This document shows, one piece after another, positions 38,708 through 52,700 of a DNA stretch of 64,000 nt. The stretch is from NCBI GenBank assembly GCA_902571145.1, contig CACGAP010000005.1, forward strand, positions 3,306 through 67,305, read 5' to 3'. Source of the stretch: an uncultured Prochlorococcus sp. (GTDB taxonomy: Bacteria > Cyanobacteriota > Cyanobacteriia > PCC-6307 > Cyanobiaceae). How positions within the stretch are numbered: position 1 is the stretch's first letter; the number at the start of each line of letters is the position of its first letter. Under the pieces are notes generated by a model. It was not told the origin of the DNA. It saw only the letters and a list, made by a program, of their open reading frames with translations, and did no database searches. The translations under genes and the position numbers were made by a program.

Positions 38708-39862
38708 CTATTTAATACTTGAGTAAATAAGAGATTTAGTCATTTGATTAAGAACTAATTTTCTTGCAAAAAGAAATTTATTTAAAAGTAAAAATGAAAA
38801 TTTCCTTATTGGAAATAAAAAAAGGTTTCGATTAGCAAAAATTGATATCAACGAGTCAGTTATAAAAATAGTGACAATAATATCTAAAATTCTGCTTGAA
38901 AAATACTTAAATTTAAATAATATCAATTGCAATTTAGTAATAGAAGTATTTTTATTAAAAAGATCATAAATAGTATTAACATCTCTCCAGCAAGTATTTA
39001 GACCTTGACCACCAACAGGATGAAATGTATGAAATGCATCTCCTACAAAAACTAATTTTTTAAAATTTAAAACTGGTAAATTTAAGGATAATGAAACAGG
39101 AAAAATATTAAATTCGCCAATTATTTGGTCCAACTTAAATTCATTAGGCAAGATTGTTGATAAATTATCCATTAAAAAATTCTTGTCAGAATTCAACCTT
39201 TCAATTGTCTTTAATGTACTGGAAGTCCAAATTACTTGATATAAGTTTTTTTCTAAAGGTAATAATGCAAGTGGGCCTTCTTTTCTAAAAATTTCATAAG
39301 CTCGTTTTTCACGATGACCTCTAAGAGAAACTTTAAAAGTTAAACAAGACTGACTATAAGATTTTTTTATATCAACAAAATCTATGAATTTTTTATCAAG
39401 TGAGTTTGCTCCTGTTGAAAAGAATTGATAATCAAATAATATTTTTTTACGTAACAATCTCTGTGGTGTAATAAAAAAAATATTTTCATAATTGTCAATC
39501 TCTTGAAAAAATACGTTCATGAGATCCGAATGTTTAACTACCCAACCAATATTTTCGGCAGAACTTATATCATCATCTAAGTCAGAAGTTGATAAATTGG
39601 TGAAAGCAGAAGTTACGCTATCTGAAATGGAAAGGGTATCAAAGCCAAATAAAAATGGTTCTATTTTTTCCCAAAGTCTGAATTTAGATAAGATTTTTCT
39701 TGTTGAGTGAGTAATTGCATAAGTTTTATCTTTATCAATTAATCTATCTTTTGTTAATAAATCAGTTAAAAAAATATTGCAATCAAATTTTGAAAGTGCA
39801 ATTGAAAGTAATAAACCTGTGGGTCCTGATCCAACAATTTTAAAATTGAATTTATTTTTCAT
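38708..39862 (-). CDS. FAD-dependent hydroxylase, UbiH/COQ6 family
   Basis: IVGSGPTG, AYE.F..EGPLA.LP, GDAFH.FHPVGGQGLN. Confidence 0.88.
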   Translation of the reverse strand: MKNKFNFKIVGSGPTGLLLSIALSKFDCNIFLTDLLTKDRLIDKDKTYAITHSTRKILSKFRLWEKIEPFLFGFDTLSISDSVTSAFTNLSTSDLDDDISSAENIGWVVKHSDLMNVFFQEIDNYENIFFITPQRLLRKKILFDYQFFSTGANSLDKKFIDFVDIKKSYSQSCLTFKVSLRGHREKRAYEIFRKEGPLALLPLEKNLYQVIWTSSTLKTIERLNSDKNFLMDNLSTILPNEFKLDQIIGEFNIFPVSLSLNLPVLNFKKLVFVGDAFHTFHPVGGQGLNTCWRDVNTIYDLFNKNTSITKLQLILFKFKYFSSRILDIIVTIFITDSLISIFANRNLFLFPIRKFSFLLLNKFLFARKLVLNQMTKSLIYSSIK

Positions 39863-39881
39863 CGTATTATAAAAGCATCAA

Positions 39882-40523
39882 CTACCTATTCAAATAAATA
39901 TAGCAAATTTCCTCAAATGCCGGCCTTAGTAAATAGGGGTACTCACCAACCCATAAGTTAATTTCAGGAAGCCAAGCATCGGTCAAATAAAAATCTCTGT
40001 CAAAATTACGGTTATCAGATGTTATTAAACATCTGATACTCGAACCAACCCTAATTTGACTGTGCTTATTTTCCATAGGAAAACTTAATTTTTCCAAATA
40101 ACCATCTTCATCTTCTAATTCAAGTACTAACCAAGTCCTTTTGTTTTCGATAACTTCTAATCGACCTTGCCTATTAGATTGTTCTCTTGAACTTTCAATC
40201 TTTTCTGTTTTATAGATATCTGATACATAGCCATCAAATATAGAAAAAAATTTATATTTTCTTAATTGCAAGTTTTTCCTACTTGATTCAAGAATTGGGC
40301 CCCAAATTATATACAAAAAGAAGCCTACACATAGGAATAACCAGAAATTATTAGTTTGATCTCCAGTCGAACTAATAATTAATGAGATAAATCCACCAAT
40401 TGAAGAAACTATTACTCTTTGAAGAATTTTTCTAGGATTCCCCAACGCGTACTTAAATTGGCTTCCTGTACCAACTGCAGGAATAAGTTTTGAAATTTGA
40501 CTTGAATTAATTGGAATTATCAT
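39882..40523 (-). CDS. Conserved cyanobacterial membrane protein
   Basis: LIPAVGTG.QF, two TM, W.GEYPYL.R..F. Confidence 0.8.
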   Translation of the reverse strand: MIIPINSSQISKLIPAVGTGSQFKYALGNPRKILQRVIVSSIGGFISLIISSTGDQTNNFWLFLCVGFFLYIIWGPILESSRKNLQLRKYKFFSIFDGYVSDIYKTEKIESSREQSNRQGRLEVIENKRTWLVLELEDEDGYLEKLSFPMENKHSQIRVGSSIRCLITSDNRNFDRDFYLTDAWLPEINLWVGEYPYLLRPAFEEICYIYLNR

Positions 40524-40524
40524 T

Positions 40525-41373
40525 TTAAAAAATCAATTTTTCAAGTCCGTAAACTAAAGTTTCATAATTACCAATTTTTTTAATAGCCTGTAGAACTCCT
40601 GGCATATATGCCTTTCTATCAATAGTGTCATGTTTAATTGTGTAAGTTTCACCTGGAGATCCCATAATTACTAACTGATGAGCGAGTAATCCTGGTAATC
40701 GCACAGAATGTATATTAATTCCTGAATCTCTGAGCCCACCGCGTACACCTTTCAATGACTCAGACTCTTTTACTAAATTCTGATTAAATTTCTTTGGATA
40801 TTCTTCAATCATTTCTGCTGTTTTTATGCAGGTCCCACTAGGAGAATCAGCTTTTTGATTATGATGCATCTCAATTAATTCAATATTGTCGTAAAACCTT
40901 GCAGCTACAGATGCCGCCTGCTGAAGAAGAACCATACCTACTGAAAAATTAGGAATTATTGCACAACCGACCGATGCTTTCTGAGCAAAAACAGACAAAT
41001 CTTTTATTTGCGAAGGGCTTAGACCTGTAGTTCCTACTACTGGTGATACCCCATATGCAATAGCTGATCTGGTATTTTCATATACAGAGTCAGGATGCGT
41101 AAAATCAACCAAAACAGGTTTGATTTTTTCATTTCTATAATTTTGACTAACGGAACATAAAGTTCCTTCAAAATCATTTGAAACAAAAACATCACAATTT
41201 TTTACATTCAATAATTCAGAAATATTTGAGCCATTGTTCTTTTCGTTTATGTCGATTGCTGCGACAAGTTCACAATCTGTAGAATTTAATACAGTATTTA
41301 TAACTTCGCTTCCCATTCTGCCTAAAGCTCCGGAAACTAGTACTGGTACGGGTTTTTTAGAATTTTCAATCAT
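40525..41373 (-). CDS. dapB: 4-hydroxy-tetrahydrodipicolinate reductase
   Basis: [38 protein letters not shown]. Confidence 0.97.
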   Translation of the reverse strand: MIENSKKPVPVLVSGALGRMGSEVINTVLNSTDCELVAAIDINEKNNGSNISELLNVKNCDVFVSNDFEGTLCSVSQNYRNEKIKPVLVDFTHPDSVYENTRSAIAYGVSPVVGTTGLSPSQIKDLSVFAQKASVGCAIIPNFSVGMVLLQQAASVAARFYDNIELIEMHHNQKADSPSGTCIKTAEMIEEYPKKFNQNLVKESESLKGVRGGLRDSGINIHSVRLPGLLAHQLVIMGSPGETYTIKHDTIDRKAYMPGVLQAIKKIGNYETLVYGLEKLIF

Positions 41374-41474
41374 TTTTTTTTAAAATTTTTTTTAAAGGTT
41401 GTTACACGCTATTTATATTGCACACAATAACGTCTTTTCATTCGTAGGCTGGTAGAAATACTTAAAGAAAATCA

Positions 41475-44400
41475 ATGTTTACGCAGGTCCACTCAGCAAA
41501 CCGCAGAGTATTTCCTGTTGAGGATAACAAACACAAAGTTGTAATAAAAGCAGTTTATGTTGTCCTTGAGCCACAATACCAAAATTCCTTAACGGAAGCT
41601 GCAAAGTCAATAAATAAAATGAATGGGCCTATAGGTATAGACCTTAGCGGCTATCTTATCGAAGAACTTAGGAATGATAGTAATTTTGAAGATTTTAAAA
41701 AAGATATAGCTAATGCAGATATATTCGTAGCTTCTCTAATTTTCATTGAAGACCTTGCTCAAAAAGTGGTTGATGCAGTATCTCCTTTTAAAGACAAACT
41801 AAAAGCATCAATAGTTTTCCCCTCCATGCCAGAGGTAATGAGATTAAATAAGTTAGGTTCATTTAGCATGGCCCAACTTGGTCAATCTAAAAGTATTATT
41901 GGAGATTTAATAAAAAAGAAAAAAGAATCTGATGGAGCAAGTTTCCAAGATTCAATGTTGAAGTTATTAAATACACTACCTTCAATACTTAAATATCTAC
42001 CAGTAGAAAAAGCTCAAGATGCCAGAACATTTATTCTGAGTTTTCAGTACTGGTTAGGTGGTACCACTGAGAACTTAAAAAACTTCTTGTTAATGATTTC
42101 TGAAAAGTATGCTGTTTCAGAGATCATAAAAGATCAAATAGAAGAATTCAAAATTCAAGACCCAGAAACATTCCCAGATTTAGGAATTTGGCATCCTCTT
42201 GCTCCTTGCATGTTTGAAAGTCTTAAAGAATATCAAAATTGGGAAAATAATAGGAAAGATATAAATCCTAAAGATGACAAAACTCCAACAATAGGTTTAG
42301 TGCTTCAAAGGAGTCATATCGTTACGGGAGATGATGCTCATTACGTTGCTGTTATTCAAGAATTGGAATACAGAGGTGCGAGAGTACTACCTATTTTTTG
42401 TGGAGGTCTAGATTTTTCTAAACCAGTTAATGAATTTTATTATGATTCGATAAATAAGGACCAACCTATAGTAGACGGAGTTGTATCTCTAACAGGATTT
42501 GCACTAGTTGGTGGGCCAGCAAGACAAGATCATCCTAAAGCTATTGAAGCCCTAAAAAGGCTAAACACACCCTATATGGTCGCACTTCCATTAGTCTTCC
42601 AAACCACACAAGAATGGGAAGATAGTGATCTAGGTTTACACCCAGTTCAGGTAGCACTTCAAATTGCAATTCCAGAGCTTGATGGTGCTATTGAACCTAT
42701 TATTCTCTCAGGTCGTGATGATGCTACAGGTAAGGCGCATACGTTACAAGATCGAGTTGATTTAATAGCTGAAAGAGCCATAAAATGGTCATCCTTAAGG
42801 GTTAAACAAAGAAAGGACAAAAAATTAGCCATCACAGTATTTAGTTTTCCACCAGACAAAGGAAATGTTGGTACGGCAGCATACTTAAATGTTTTCGGTT
42901 CAATTTTCAGAGTACTCCTTGAAATGAAATCGAAAGGATATCAAATAGATGAACTTCCAAGTAATTCAAAAGAATTAATGGAAAAAGTAATTAATAACCC
43001 TGAAGCAATGGAGGGATCTCCAGAGTTAAATATTGCTCATAAAATGTCAGTAAAAGAATACGAGGAGTTCACACCATATTCACAAAGGCTTGAAGAGAAT
43101 TGGGGTAAACCACCTGGAAATCTAAATAGTGACGGACAAAATTTACTTATTTATGGAAAACATTTTGGAAATGTTTTTATAGGTGTACAACCTACATTCG
43201 GTTACGAAGGTGATCCGATGAGGTTACTTTATTCAAGAAGTGCGAGTCCTCATCACGGTTTTGCCGCTTATTACACCTATGTAGAAAAAATCTGGGGAGC
43301 TGATGCTATTCTTCATTTTGGAACTCATGGATCACTCGAATTTATGCCTGGTAAACAGATGGGTATGAGTGAAACATGCTATCCGGATTCTCTCATTGGA
43401 TCATTACCTAATCTGTATTACTATGCTGCTAATAATCCTTCTGAAGCAACTATCGCGAAAAGGAGAGGTTACGCCTCAACCATTAGCTATCTAACTCCTC
43501 CAGCAGAAAATGCAGGGCTCTACAAAGGACTTAAAGAATTAAGTGAACTTGTTGGTTCTTATCAACAATTAAGAGAAAATAGTAGGGGTATTCAAATAGT
43601 TAATGCAATAGTAGAGACCTCTAAACAATGTAATCTTGACAAAGATGTTGAGCTACCTTCAAAAGATGTAGAAGAACTATCAATTGATGAAAGAGATTTA
43701 TTTGTTGGTAATATCTATAAACAGTTGATGGAAATTGAAAGTAGATTATTACCTTGCGGTCTTCATACTATTGGAGAAGCTCCAACAGCAGAAGAAGCAG
43801 TCGCAACTCTTGTAAATATTGCATCATTAGAGAGAGAGCAAGAGGGATTAAGATCTCTTCCAGGATTGCTAGCAGAATCCATAGGGCTGAATATTGAACA
43901 AATTTATGATGGTAATAATAAAGGGGAACTCAAATTTGTAGAGCTAAATGAAAAAATTATAAAGACAGCAAGAGAGTCTATTTTTGCCATGGTCAACTCT
44001 TTAAAAATTGTTGATGGCAGAGTTTATTTAGAAAAATCACTTCTTTCCAAATTGTTTGACTTCCTTAAAGTATTTGGTTTGAATTTACCTACCCCTTGGC
44101 TAAGGGTATGTAACTTAAATGGATTTAATGAAGTTAACCAGAAGGAATTAAATAAATTATTTGATTACTTACTTTTCTGTTTGGAACAGGTCTGTGCTGA
44201 TAAAGAAATGGATAGTCTCATTAAAGCATTAGATGGCAACTATGTTTTACCTGGACCAGGTGGAGATCCTATACGAAATCCAGGTGTTTTACCCAGTGGT
44301 AAAAATATCCATGCACTTGATCCACAATCAATCCCTACTACAGCAGCAGTAGCTGCTGCAAAGTCGGTTGTAGACAAATTAATTGAGAGACAAAAGGAAG

Positions 44401-45485
44401 AGCAAGGGAGCTGGCCTGAAACAATAGCTTGTGTTTTATGGGGTACTGATAACATCAAAACTTATGGAGAATCACTTGCTCAAATCTTATGGTTTGTTGG
44501 TGTAAAACCAAAACCAGATTCTGTTGGAAGAATCAACAAATTAGAATTAATCCCTTTAGAAGAATTAGGTAGGCCAAGAATAGATGTAGTAGTTAACTGC
44601 TCAGGAGTTTTTAGAGATTTATTTATAAATCAGATGGCATTAATAGATCAAGCGGTCAAATTAGCGGCTGAGGCAGATGAACCATTGGAATCTAATTTTG
44701 TAAGGAAACATTCGTTTGAACAAGCAGAAAAAGAAGGTACCTCTATCAGAGAAGCTTCAGCGAGAGTATTCTCTAACGCAAGTGGGAGCTACAGTTCAAA
44801 TGTTAATTTGGCTGTAGAAAACTCAACTTGGGAGGAAGAAAATGAATTACAAGAAATGTATTTATCACGCAAAACATATGCTTTTAATGCTGATAATCCA
44901 GGTGAGATGAATCAAAAAAGAGAGGTATTTGAGTCAGTAATGAAAACAGCAGATGTTACATTTCAAAACCTTGATTCTTCAGAGATTTCATTAACAGATG
45001 TAAGTCATTATTTTGATTCAGATCCAACAAAATTGATTAAGACACTTAGAGATGACGGAAAAGAACCAAGTAGCTATATAGCTGACACTACTACTTCTAA
45101 TGCACAAGTTAGAACACTTGGAGAAACCATCAGGTTAGACTCAAGGACAAAACTTTTAAATCCTAAGTGGTATGAAGGTATGCTTAAATCTGGCTATGAA
45201 GGAGTTAGAGAACTTTCTAACAGACTTAATTACACTCTTGGTTGGAGTGCAACAAGTGGTCAAGTAGATAATTTTGTATATGAAGAAACTAATGAAACAT
45301 TTATAAATGACGAAGAGATGAGGAAAAGATTAATGGATCTTAATCCTAATAGTTTCAGAAGAATTGTTGGAACTTTGCTAGAAGTTAATGGTAGAGGATA
45401 TTGGGAAACTTCAGATGAGAATATTGAACAGTTGAAAGAACTATATCAAGAGGTAGAGGATAAAATTGAAGGAGTTAAAGAATAA
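41475..45485 (+). CDS. chlH: Magnesium chelatase subunit H
   Basis: [55 protein letters not shown]. Confidence 0.98.
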   Translation: MFTQVHSANRRVFPVEDNKHKVVIKAVYVVLEPQYQNSLTEAAKSINKMNGPIGIDLSGYLIEELRNDSNFEDFKKDIANADIFVASLIFIEDLAQKVVDAVSPFKDKLKASIVFPSMPEVMRLNKLGSFSMAQLGQSKSIIGDLIKKKKESDGASFQDSMLKLLNTLPSILKYLPVEKAQDARTFILSFQYWLGGTTENLKNFLLMISEKYAVSEIIKDQIEEFKIQDPETFPDLGIWHPLAPCMFESLKEYQNWENNRKDINPKDDKTPTIGLVLQRSHIVTGDDAHYVAVIQELEYRGARVLPIFCGGLDFSKPVNEFYYDSINKDQPIVDGVVSLTGFALVGGPARQDHPKAIEALKRLNTPYMVALPLVFQTTQEWEDSDLGLHPVQVALQIAIPELDGAIEPIILSGRDDATGKAHTLQDRVDLIAERAIKWSSLRVKQRKDKKLAITVFSFPPDKGNVGTAAYLNVFGSIFRVLLEMKSKGYQIDELPSNSKELMEKVINNPEAMEGSPELNIAHKMSVKEYEEFTPYSQRLEENWGKPPGNLNSDGQNLLIYGKHFGNVFIGVQPTFGYEGDPMRLLYSRSASPHHGFAAYYTYVEKIWGADAILHFGTHGSLEFMPGKQMGMSETCYPDSLIGSLPNLYYYAANNPSEATIAKRRGYASTISYLTPPAENAGLYKGLKELSELVGSYQQLRENSRGIQIVNAIVETSKQCNLDKDVELPSKDVEELSIDERDLFVGNIYKQLMEIESRLLPCGLHTIGEAPTAEEAVATLVNIASLEREQEGLRSLPGLLAESIGLNIEQIYDGNNKGELKFVELNEKIIKTARESIFAMVNSLKIVDGRVYLEKSLLSKLFDFLKVFGLNLPTPWLRVCNLNGFNEVNQKELNKLFDYLLFCLEQVCADKEMDSLIKALDGNYVLPGPGGDPIRNPGVLPSGKNIHALDPQSIPTTAAVAAAKSVVDKLIERQKEEQGSWPETIACVLWGTDNIKTYGESLAQILWFVGVKPKPDSVGRINKLELIPLEELGRPRIDVVVNCSGVFRDLFINQMALIDQAVKLAAEADEPLESNFVRKHSFEQAEKEGTSIREASARVFSNASGSYSSNVNLAVENSTWEEENELQEMYLSRKTYAFNADNPGEMNQKREVFESVMKTADVTFQNLDSSEISLTDVSHYFDSDPTKLIKTLRDDGKEPSSYIADTTTSNAQVRTLGETIRLDSRTKLLNPKWYEGMLKSGYEGVRELSNRLNYTLGWSATSGQVDNFVYEETNETFINDEEMRKRLMDLNPNSFRRIVGTLLEVNGRGYWETSDENIEQLKELYQEVEDKIEGVKE

Positions 45486-45493
45486 TAAATTTA

Positions 45494-46348
45494 TTATTTT
45501 CTGTAAATCTTATCAGCTACTTTCAGGATTTGATAATTTAGTTTGACGTTGTGAACCCTCACAATGTCAATATTAAATTGAGAACAAAGACAACTTATTG
45601 CAAGTGTTCCTATATCTCTTTCTTTAGGATTTTTCTCATTCAAAATTTCTCCTATAAATCTCTTCCTAGATGCACCTATCAAAACTGGCAAATTCCATTT
45701 TTTAAATAAATCTAAGTTTCTCAAGATTTCCAAATTATGAATGATATTCTTTGAAAAACCAATTCCAGGATCCACTATAATATTTCTTTCAGATATATTT
45801 TTTTCTAAAGCATTTTTTATTAAATTATCAAGCGAGCACTTAACATCACTCAATACATTCTGGTAATTAGAGAGTTGATTCATATTTTGACTATTACCAC
45901 GACTATGAGTTATGACGAATGGACAGTTGAATTTTGATACAACATCCAAAATTTTTATATCTCTTCTTCCTCCAGTGACGTCATTTATCCAGTTAGCACC
46001 ATTTAAAAGAGCTTCATAAGCCACTTCAGAATTAAATGTATCAATAGAAATTAAAACATCTGGAAATTCAGATTTTATTAATTTTAGATATGGGATCAAT
46101 CTTTTTATTTCTTTACTAGATCCAACTTCTTCAGCCCCAGGTCTCGTACTTTGAGCGCCAAGATCAATAACATCAACACCATTGCTCAAGAAATGGTCTA
46201 CTTGATCTATAACTTTTTTTGTGGAGTCTAATTCACCACCATCACTAAATGAATCAGGAGTTAAATTAATAACTCCCATAATTGAAGTTTTTTGGCCCCA
46301 CCCTTTTGGCCATGGATTTTTCTTATTGATAATTTGCAATTCTCGCAA
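45494..46348 (-). CDS. folP: Dihydropteroate synthase
   Basis: [37 protein letters not shown]. Confidence 0.97.
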   Translation of the reverse strand: MRELQIINKKNPWPKGWGQKTSIMGVINLTPDSFSDGGELDSTKKVIDQVDHFLSNGVDVIDLGAQSTRPGAEEVGSSKEIKRLIPYLKLIKSEFPDVLISIDTFNSEVAYEALLNGANWINDVTGGRRDIKILDVVSKFNCPFVITHSRGNSQNMNQLSNYQNVLSDVKCSLDNLIKNALEKNISERNIIVDPGIGFSKNIIHNLEILRNLDLFKKWNLPVLIGASRKRFIGEILNEKNPKERDIGTLAISCLCSQFNIDIVRVHNVKLNYQILKVADKIYRK

Positions 46349-47048
46349 AACTATTCGGATCTAATGAAGCCCCTCCAACTAACACACCATCTATATCACT
46401 CATTGACATGATTTCGTCAATATTATTAGGTTTAACAGATCCACCATATTGAATAATTACATCATCAAAACCTATTAATTTCCGAATCAAAGAACATATC
46501 TTATTAGCGTCTTCTGCCTCACATGTTTTACCAGTGCCAATAGCCCATATTGGTTCATAAGCAACAATTAAATTAGATGGATCTGTATTTTCTAATCCTT
46601 GTTCAACCTGTCTAGTAATAACTCTAACAGCTTCTCCTCTCTCTCTTTGTTCTAATGTTTCTCCTACACAAACTATTGGAGTAAGTCCACTAGATTGAGC
46701 AAAAAATGCTCTTTTATTAATTTGTTCATCACTTTCACTAAAATATTTCCTTGGTTCACTATGTCCAACGATTGCATATGATACACCATGTTCAAGAAGC
46801 ATTTTTGGAGATATTTCTGCAGTGAATGCCCCTTGATCTTCCCAATGAATATTTTGACTAGAAATTTCTAAATAATCAAAATCAGAATTATCCGCAAAGG
46901 TTGAAATAGCTGTAAAAGGTGGAGCAATAACAACTTTACGATCGTCTTTAATGTTTTTTATTAAAGGAATAAACTCTTCTAAGTAGGATTTAGCTTCCGC
47001 ACAAGTCATGTGCATTTTCCAATTACCAGCAATTACAGATTTTCTCAA
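46323..47048 (-). CDS. tpiA: Triosephosphate isomerase
   Basis: [34 protein letters not shown]. Confidence 0.98.
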   Translation of the reverse strand: MRKSVIAGNWKMHMTCAEAKSYLEEFIPLIKNIKDDRKVVIAPPFTAISTFADNSDFDYLEISSQNIHWEDQGAFTAEISPKMLLEHGVSYAIVGHSEPRKYFSESDEQINKRAFFAQSSGLTPIVCVGETLEQRERGEAVRVITRQVEQGLENTDPSNLIVAYEPIWAIGTGKTCEAEDANKICSLIRKLIGFDDVIIQYGGSVKPNNIDEIMSMSDIDGVLVGGASLDPNSFARIANYQ

Positions 47049-47100
47049 AATACTATCTCCAAGAAAAATATACTAATACAAAGTGAGTTGAATAAGCTAA

Positions 47101-47277
47101 CTATTCAAAAATTAATTCATTTTTTAGAAATATTACTTTATCTCCTTTGTTTAACTGCCTTCCTCTCCTAGTCTCAATTACACCATTAACCTTAACAGAA
47201 CCGGATTTGATAAAAATTTTTGCTTCGCCACCAGAAGATACCAAATTTTTCCATTTTAAGAATTGATCCAATTTCAT
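47101..47277 (-). CDS. S4-domain RNA-binding protein (YaaA/YbcJ-like), 58 aa (not in ORF track)
   Basis: MKLDQFLKW..LVSSGGEAK.FI..G.V.VNG..ETRRGRQL..GD.V. Confidence 0.9.
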   Translation of the reverse strand: MKLDQFLKWKNLVSSGGEAKIFIKSGSVKVNGVIETRRGRQLNKGDKVIFLKNELIFE

Positions 47278-47335
47278 TGTTTTTTATACTCAAAGATATT
47301 GATAAAGTAAGATAAACAATTAAATATATAATATC

Positions 47336-49042
47336 TTGAGACTAATACCACCAGTCAGGCCATATTCAAATAGGTTTATCAAGGGTTTTATATGCATGCT
47401 TATTTACGTAGCTTGTTGGCCTTTATTAGCTTATTTAGCTGGAAACTTAATCCCAGCAATTGGTTCAGGTGATCTCTCAAAAGTTTCTAGCATAATAATT
47501 AAGTCTTTAATTGTATTTTTAGTTCAAAAAACTGCTCAATTTGGACAGGATGTATTCATAGCAAAGCCATCTTTAGAAATTAGTGAAGTAATGAGAGGAA
47601 ATTTATTTAGCAGAATTCAAAAAATAAAGATGAATTCTGTTGAAAATATTTCAGCTGGGGACATCACATATAGACTTACGGAAGATGCTGACAGGGTAAG
47701 CGAAGTTATTTATAAAACAGCTCAAGATACTATTCCATGTTCTTTACAGTTGTTAGCGGTAATAATCTACATGTTTTATTTAGACTGGTCACTAACAGTA
47801 TCAACATTAGTTTTAGCACCATTAATTATTCTTTCAGTTAACAGTTTTGGAAAAAGAGTTTTATTAGCATCCGAAAAAAGTCAAGAATCAACAAGTAATT
47901 TAGCAGGTTTAATAGGTGAATCTATAAATGGAATGTCCACGATAAGAGCTTTTGCTGCAGAAAATTGGATTGAGAAAAGATTTTATAAAAGATTAAGTAC
48001 AAATAAAAAAGCAAAATATAAAACATTAAAACTACTTGCACTTCAACATCCAGTTGTAGGATTTGTTGAAGCATTTGGAATATTAGCAATATTAGGTTTA
48101 GGAGCAGCAAGAATTAATCTAGGCCTTCTTACAAGCCAAGAATTTAGTAGTTTTTTTGCAGCAATATTAATGCTTATTGATCCAATAAGCCATGTAAGTA
48201 CAAATTATAATGACTATAAACAGGCAGAAGCTTCAATAAAAAGGTTGCAAAATATAAATAAAGAACCAGTCGAAGATGATAAAGAAAATTTACGAAGGAT
48301 ATCCAATTTTGAAGGCAAGATAAGTTTCAAGAAAGTAAATTTCGCTTACAAAAAAGATAATCAAGTACTTAAAAATATCAATTTAGAAATTAAAAGAGGG
48401 GAGGTCACAGCATTTGTTGGAGCTTCTGGAGCTGGCAAAAGTACAATGTTGGCTTTGATATTAAAGTTTATAACTCCAAATAATGGAGACATTTTTATAG
48501 ATGATAAAAATCTCAAAATATTAAATACAAAAGATATTAGAAAAAACATTGCACTAGTACAACAACAGCCTTTTTTGTTTTCAGGAACAATTATTGATGT
48601 AATAAGAATGGGCAGAAATTTCACCAAAGAAGAAGTTATAGAATCAGCTAGAAAAGCAAATGCTCACAACTTCATTCAAAAGCTTCCTGAGAAATATGAA
48701 ACTGAGATAACTGAAAGAAGTTCAAACTTCTCGGGGGGGCAGATACAGAGGATAGCAATTGCAAGAGCAATACTAGGGAACCCATCAATTCTTCTTTTAG
48801 ACGAGGCCACGAGTGCGTTAGATGCAGAATCAGAATCTGAAGTACAAAAAGGACTTAATAGAGCTATGAAAGATAGAACAGTTATTGTAATTGCTCATAG
48901 ATTAGCCACTACTCAAGAGGCAAATAAAATAGTTGTTTTCGATAAAGGTGAAATTATTGAAGTTGGGAAACATATTGATTTAATAAGTAAACCTGGGATT
49001 TATAAAGAATTATGTGAAAAACAATTGATTAAAAAATTATGA
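47336..49042 (+). CDS. ABC exporter, fused permease/ATPase (MsbA-like)
   Basis: TM domain plus GASGAGKS, FSGGQ.QR, LLLDEATSALD, IAHRL. Confidence 0.93.
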   Translation: MRLIPPVRPYSNRFIKGFICMLIYVACWPLLAYLAGNLIPAIGSGDLSKVSSIIIKSLIVFLVQKTAQFGQDVFIAKPSLEISEVMRGNLFSRIQKIKMNSVENISAGDITYRLTEDADRVSEVIYKTAQDTIPCSLQLLAVIIYMFYLDWSLTVSTLVLAPLIILSVNSFGKRVLLASEKSQESTSNLAGLIGESINGMSTIRAFAAENWIEKRFYKRLSTNKKAKYKTLKLLALQHPVVGFVEAFGILAILGLGAARINLGLLTSQEFSSFFAAILMLIDPISHVSTNYNDYKQAEASIKRLQNINKEPVEDDKENLRRISNFEGKISFKKVNFAYKKDNQVLKNINLEIKRGEVTAFVGASGAGKSTMLALILKFITPNNGDIFIDDKNLKILNTKDIRKNIALVQQQPFLFSGTIIDVIRMGRNFTKEEVIESARKANAHNFIQKLPEKYETEITERSSNFSGGQIQRIAIARAILGNPSILLLDEATSALDAESESEVQKGLNRAMKDRTVIVIAHRLATTQEANKIVVFDKGEIIEVGKHIDLISKPGIYKELCEKQLIKKL

Positions 49043-49072
49043 CTCTATCTTATTAATTAAAAAAGTAAATCC

Positions 49073-49291
49073 ATGAGCGAAAACACAAATGATTCTGCAG
49101 ATCCAGTTTTAACCTTTGAAGGCAAAAAATATTTAATAAATGAACTTTCTAATGAAATAAAAGAATCTATAAAAGTATTACAAATGGCGGAGACACAACT
49201 TAAAATGCACCAAGATACCCTCAAATTACTTTCAATTAGTCGTAGCTCTTTAGTTAATCAATTAAGAGAAAAACTAAAAAACTTGGAATAA
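49073..49291 (+). CDS. Small coiled-coil hypothetical protein
   Basis: LTFEGKKY.INELS followed by a coiled coil. Confidence 0.75.
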   Translation: MSENTNDSADPVLTFEGKKYLINELSNEIKESIKVLQMAETQLKMHQDTLKLLSISRSSLVNQLREKLKNLE

Positions 49292-49295
49292 AATT

Positions 49296-52200
49296 TTAAT
49301 AATTATGGATTTCTTGAAGAGAGTAAGTATTAATTTTATTACATTGCAAAGCTTTGATCGCCTTAATGGCTGCTTTCGCTCCAGGAATAGTTGTAAAAGT
49401 GGGAATATTATATTCTAAAGCAGCACGTCTTAAATAAGCATCATCATGAAGAGCCTGTGAGCCAATTGGGGTATTAATTATTAATTGAATAAGTCCCGAA
49501 CGAATTAGGTCCTCAATATTTGGTCTTCCTTCATGAACTTTTAGAACTTCTTCAACTTGAATTCCTAGATTAACCAAATACGCAGCTGTGCCTTTTGTTG
49601 CGATTAATTTAAATCCTAAAATCAAGAGTTCTCTGGCAACTTCCTCAAGATTTTTTTTATCCAAATCATTTGTAGACAAAAAAGCTACTCCTTCTGAAGG
49701 AACACCATTACCTGCTGCCAATTCCGACTTGGCATAAGCAATTCCAAAATCTTTAGCTAAACCCATTACTTCTCCAGTAGATCTCATTTCAGGACCAAGT
49801 AATGTATCAGATCCAGGAAATCTTTTAAAAGGTAAAACAGCCTCTTTTACTGCCTGATATCTCGGAGTAAATTCTTCTGTGAAATTAAGATCTTCTAAAG
49901 TAAAACCTTGCATTAACTGAGTAGCTAATTTTGCAACAGGTTTACCTATGGCTTTTGAAACAAATGGAACTGTCCTAGAAGCTCTTGGATTTGCTTCAAG
50001 AATAAATAATTTATTTTCTTTATTATTTGTATTTATTACTGCAAATTGCAAATTAATTAAACCAACAACATTTAATCTTTGTGCAATTAATTTAGTCCAG
50101 TTTCTTACATTTTCTATTGTGGATTTTGAGAGAGAAATGGATGGTAAGCAACAAGCTGAATCTCCTGAATGAATTCCAGCAGGTTCCACATGTTCCATTA
50201 GGCCTGCAATTACAACAGAGCCCTCTGAATCGCATAAAGCATCAACATCTATCTCAATTGCATTATTCAAATATTGATCAAGAAGGATTGGATGATCAGG
50301 CGATACCTTAACTGCTTCAGAGATATATCTTGATAATTCATTCTCATCTTTAACAATTTCCATTGCCCTTCCACCTAAAACATAAGAAGGTCTTACAACT
50401 AAGGGGAATCCTATATTTTTTGCTACTATTTCTGCTTCATTTTGATTACGTGCAATACCGTTTAAAGGTTGTCTAATACTTAATTCTTCAAGAATTTTTG
50501 TAAATTCCTCTCTATCTTCTGCTAAATCTATAGATATTGGGGAAGTCCCAAGAATTTTTGATCCAGTTCTGATCCCATCATTAGATTTAAGCCATTCAAA
50601 TAAAGATAACGATAATTTCAGAGGAGTTTGACCTCCAAATTGAACAATCAAACCATAAGGGTTTTCAGCTTCTATTATGTTAAGCACATCCTCCAAAGTT
50701 ACAGGCTCAAAATACAAAATATCGCTAGTATCATAATCTGTTGATACAGTTTCAGGGTTACTATTAACCATTATTGTTTTATAACCATTTGTAGAAGCTT
50801 GATATGATGCATGACAACAACAGTAATCAAATTCGATTCCCTGACCAATTCTGTTTGGACCTCCTCCTAGAATCATAATTTTTTTTGATTTACTATTTTC
50901 AGAAATCTCGCTATCAAAAATTTGAGAATTAAAATTAATGAATGATTCTTCGTAAGTTGAATAATGATAGGGAGTTGATGATGAGAATTCTGCTGAACAA
51001 GTATCAACAGTTTTATAAATTGGAATTATATTAAGTTTTTTTCTATACTTTCTTACTTCAAAAAATTCAGAATTAGTTAACTTTGCTATCTGTTGATCTG
51101 AAAAGCCTAATTGTTTAGCATGTAACATCAAGTCCCTATCAAGAGTATAAAGTTCCTTATCTTTCAAAAAATCATTTTCAAAATTAAAGATATTACGTAA
51201 TTTTTCGATAAACCATAAATCTATATTTGTAATTTCTTGAATGTACGTATTAGTTTTCCCAAGCTGCATAGCTTTTTTAATTAGGAGGATTCTTTCAGAT
51301 GTAGGGTTTCTTAAACTATTTTTAATTTGACTCTCATTTTTAAATTCGTCTTGTGAATCACATTCCCATCCAAAAACACCTACTTCTAATGACCTTAATG
51401 CTTTCTGAAATGATTCTTCAAAAGAACGACCTATTGCCATTGACTCACCAACAGATTTCATGGCAGTGCTTAAAGTATTAGAAGAGCCTTTAAACTTTTC
51501 AAAAGCAAATCTTGGGACCTTGGTAACTACGTAATCAATAGATGGCTCAAAACATGCAGGTGTTTTTTTTGTAATGTCATTAATAATCTCATCAAGTGTA
51601 TAGCCAACGGATAATAAAGCTGCAATCTTAGCTATTGGGAATCCGGTTGCTTTACTTGCTAAAGCCGAGGATCTACTCACACGGGGATTCATTTCTATAA
51701 CAATTACTTCTCCATTAGATGGATTTATTGCAAATTGAATATTACTCCCTCCTGTTTCAACTCCTACCTCTCTAATGATTTTCAATGACAAATCCCTTAA
51801 TCTCTGATACTCCTTATCTGTTAAAGTCTGGGCAGGAGCGACTGTAATCGAATCTCCAGTATGGACACCCATTGGGTCTATATTTTCAATACTGCAGACT
51901 ATTACAACATTGTCAGCAGTATCTCTCATTACCTCTAGTTCAAACTCTTTCCATCCAATAAGTGATTTTTCAATCAATATTTGATTACTTGGACTTTCCT
52001 CTAAACCTGATTTACACAATTCTACAAATTCTTCAAGGTTAAAAGCGATACCACCTCCTACTCCACCTAATGTAAATGCAGGCCTTATAATAAAAGGATA
52101 GGAACTAATTTTTTTGGATACCTCCATAGCTTCATCCAGATTAGATGCGATGCCTGAAGGGCAAACTTTTACATTAATTTTCTCCATCGATTCTTTAAAC

Positions 52201-52592
52201 AATTTTCTATCTTCAGCTTTATTAATAGCTCTTAAATCAGCACCAATTAATTCAATATTATTTTGCTTTAAAAAATTTGACTCTGATAGTTTAACGGCAA
52301 GATTCAAAGCGGTTTGCCCCCCCATAGTGGGAAGAATCGCATCAGGTTTTTCTCTTAAAATGATCTGAGAAACAATTTCAGGAGTCAATGGTTCAATATA
52401 TGTTTTACTTGCGATCTCAGGATCAGTCATTATTGATGCTGGATTTGAATTTATTAAGACAATTTCATAACCAGCATTTCTTAAAGCTTTGCAAGCTTGA
52501 GTACCAGAGTAATCAAATTCGCATGCTTGCCCTATAACAATCGGTCCCGAACCAAGAATAAGAATTTTTTTCAGATCACCTCTTTGAGGCAT
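49296..52592 (-). CDS. carB: Carbamoyl-phosphate synthase large subunit
   Basis: [52 protein letters not shown] domain. Confidence 0.99.
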   Translation of the reverse strand: MPQRGDLKKILILGSGPIVIGQACEFDYSGTQACKALRNAGYEIVLINSNPASIMTDPEIASKTYIEPLTPEIVSQIILREKPDAILPTMGGQTALNLAVKLSESNFLKQNNIELIGADLRAINKAEDRKLFKESMEKINVKVCPSGIASNLDEAMEVSKKISSYPFIIRPAFTLGGVGGGIAFNLEEFVELCKSGLEESPSNQILIEKSLIGWKEFELEVMRDTADNVVIVCSIENIDPMGVHTGDSITVAPAQTLTDKEYQRLRDLSLKIIREVGVETGGSNIQFAINPSNGEVIVIEMNPRVSRSSALASKATGFPIAKIAALLSVGYTLDEIINDITKKTPACFEPSIDYVVTKVPRFAFEKFKGSSNTLSTAMKSVGESMAIGRSFEESFQKALRSLEVGVFGWECDSQDEFKNESQIKNSLRNPTSERILLIKKAMQLGKTNTYIQEITNIDLWFIEKLRNIFNFENDFLKDKELYTLDRDLMLHAKQLGFSDQQIAKLTNSEFFEVRKYRKKLNIIPIYKTVDTCSAEFSSSTPYHYSTYEESFINFNSQIFDSEISENSKSKKIMILGGGPNRIGQGIEFDYCCCHASYQASTNGYKTIMVNSNPETVSTDYDTSDILYFEPVTLEDVLNIIEAENPYGLIVQFGGQTPLKLSLSLFEWLKSNDGIRTGSKILGTSPISIDLAEDREEFTKILEELSIRQPLNGIARNQNEAEIVAKNIGFPLVVRPSYVLGGRAMEIVKDENELSRYISEAVKVSPDHPILLDQYLNNAIEIDVDALCDSEGSVVIAGLMEHVEPAGIHSGDSACCLPSISLSKSTIENVRNWTKLIAQRLNVVGLINLQFAVINTNNKENKLFILEANPRASRTVPFVSKAIGKPVAKLATQLMQGFTLEDLNFTEEFTPRYQAVKEAVLPFKRFPGSDTLLGPEMRSTGEVMGLAKDFGIAYAKSELAAGNGVPSEGVAFLSTNDLDKKNLEEVARELLILGFKLIATKGTAAYLVNLGIQVEEVLKVHEGRPNIEDLIRSGLIQLIINTPIGSQALHDDAYLRRAALEYNIPTFTTIPGAKAAIKAIKALQCNKINTYSLQEIHNY

Positions 52593-52700
52593 AATTTAAA
52601 AACTTCATTTATCACATGCTACTTATAAATCATCAGATGTTAATCAACTTACTTGAAAAGCAACATTTGTTTCTATAGTATTGGAAGAAATTAATATTTT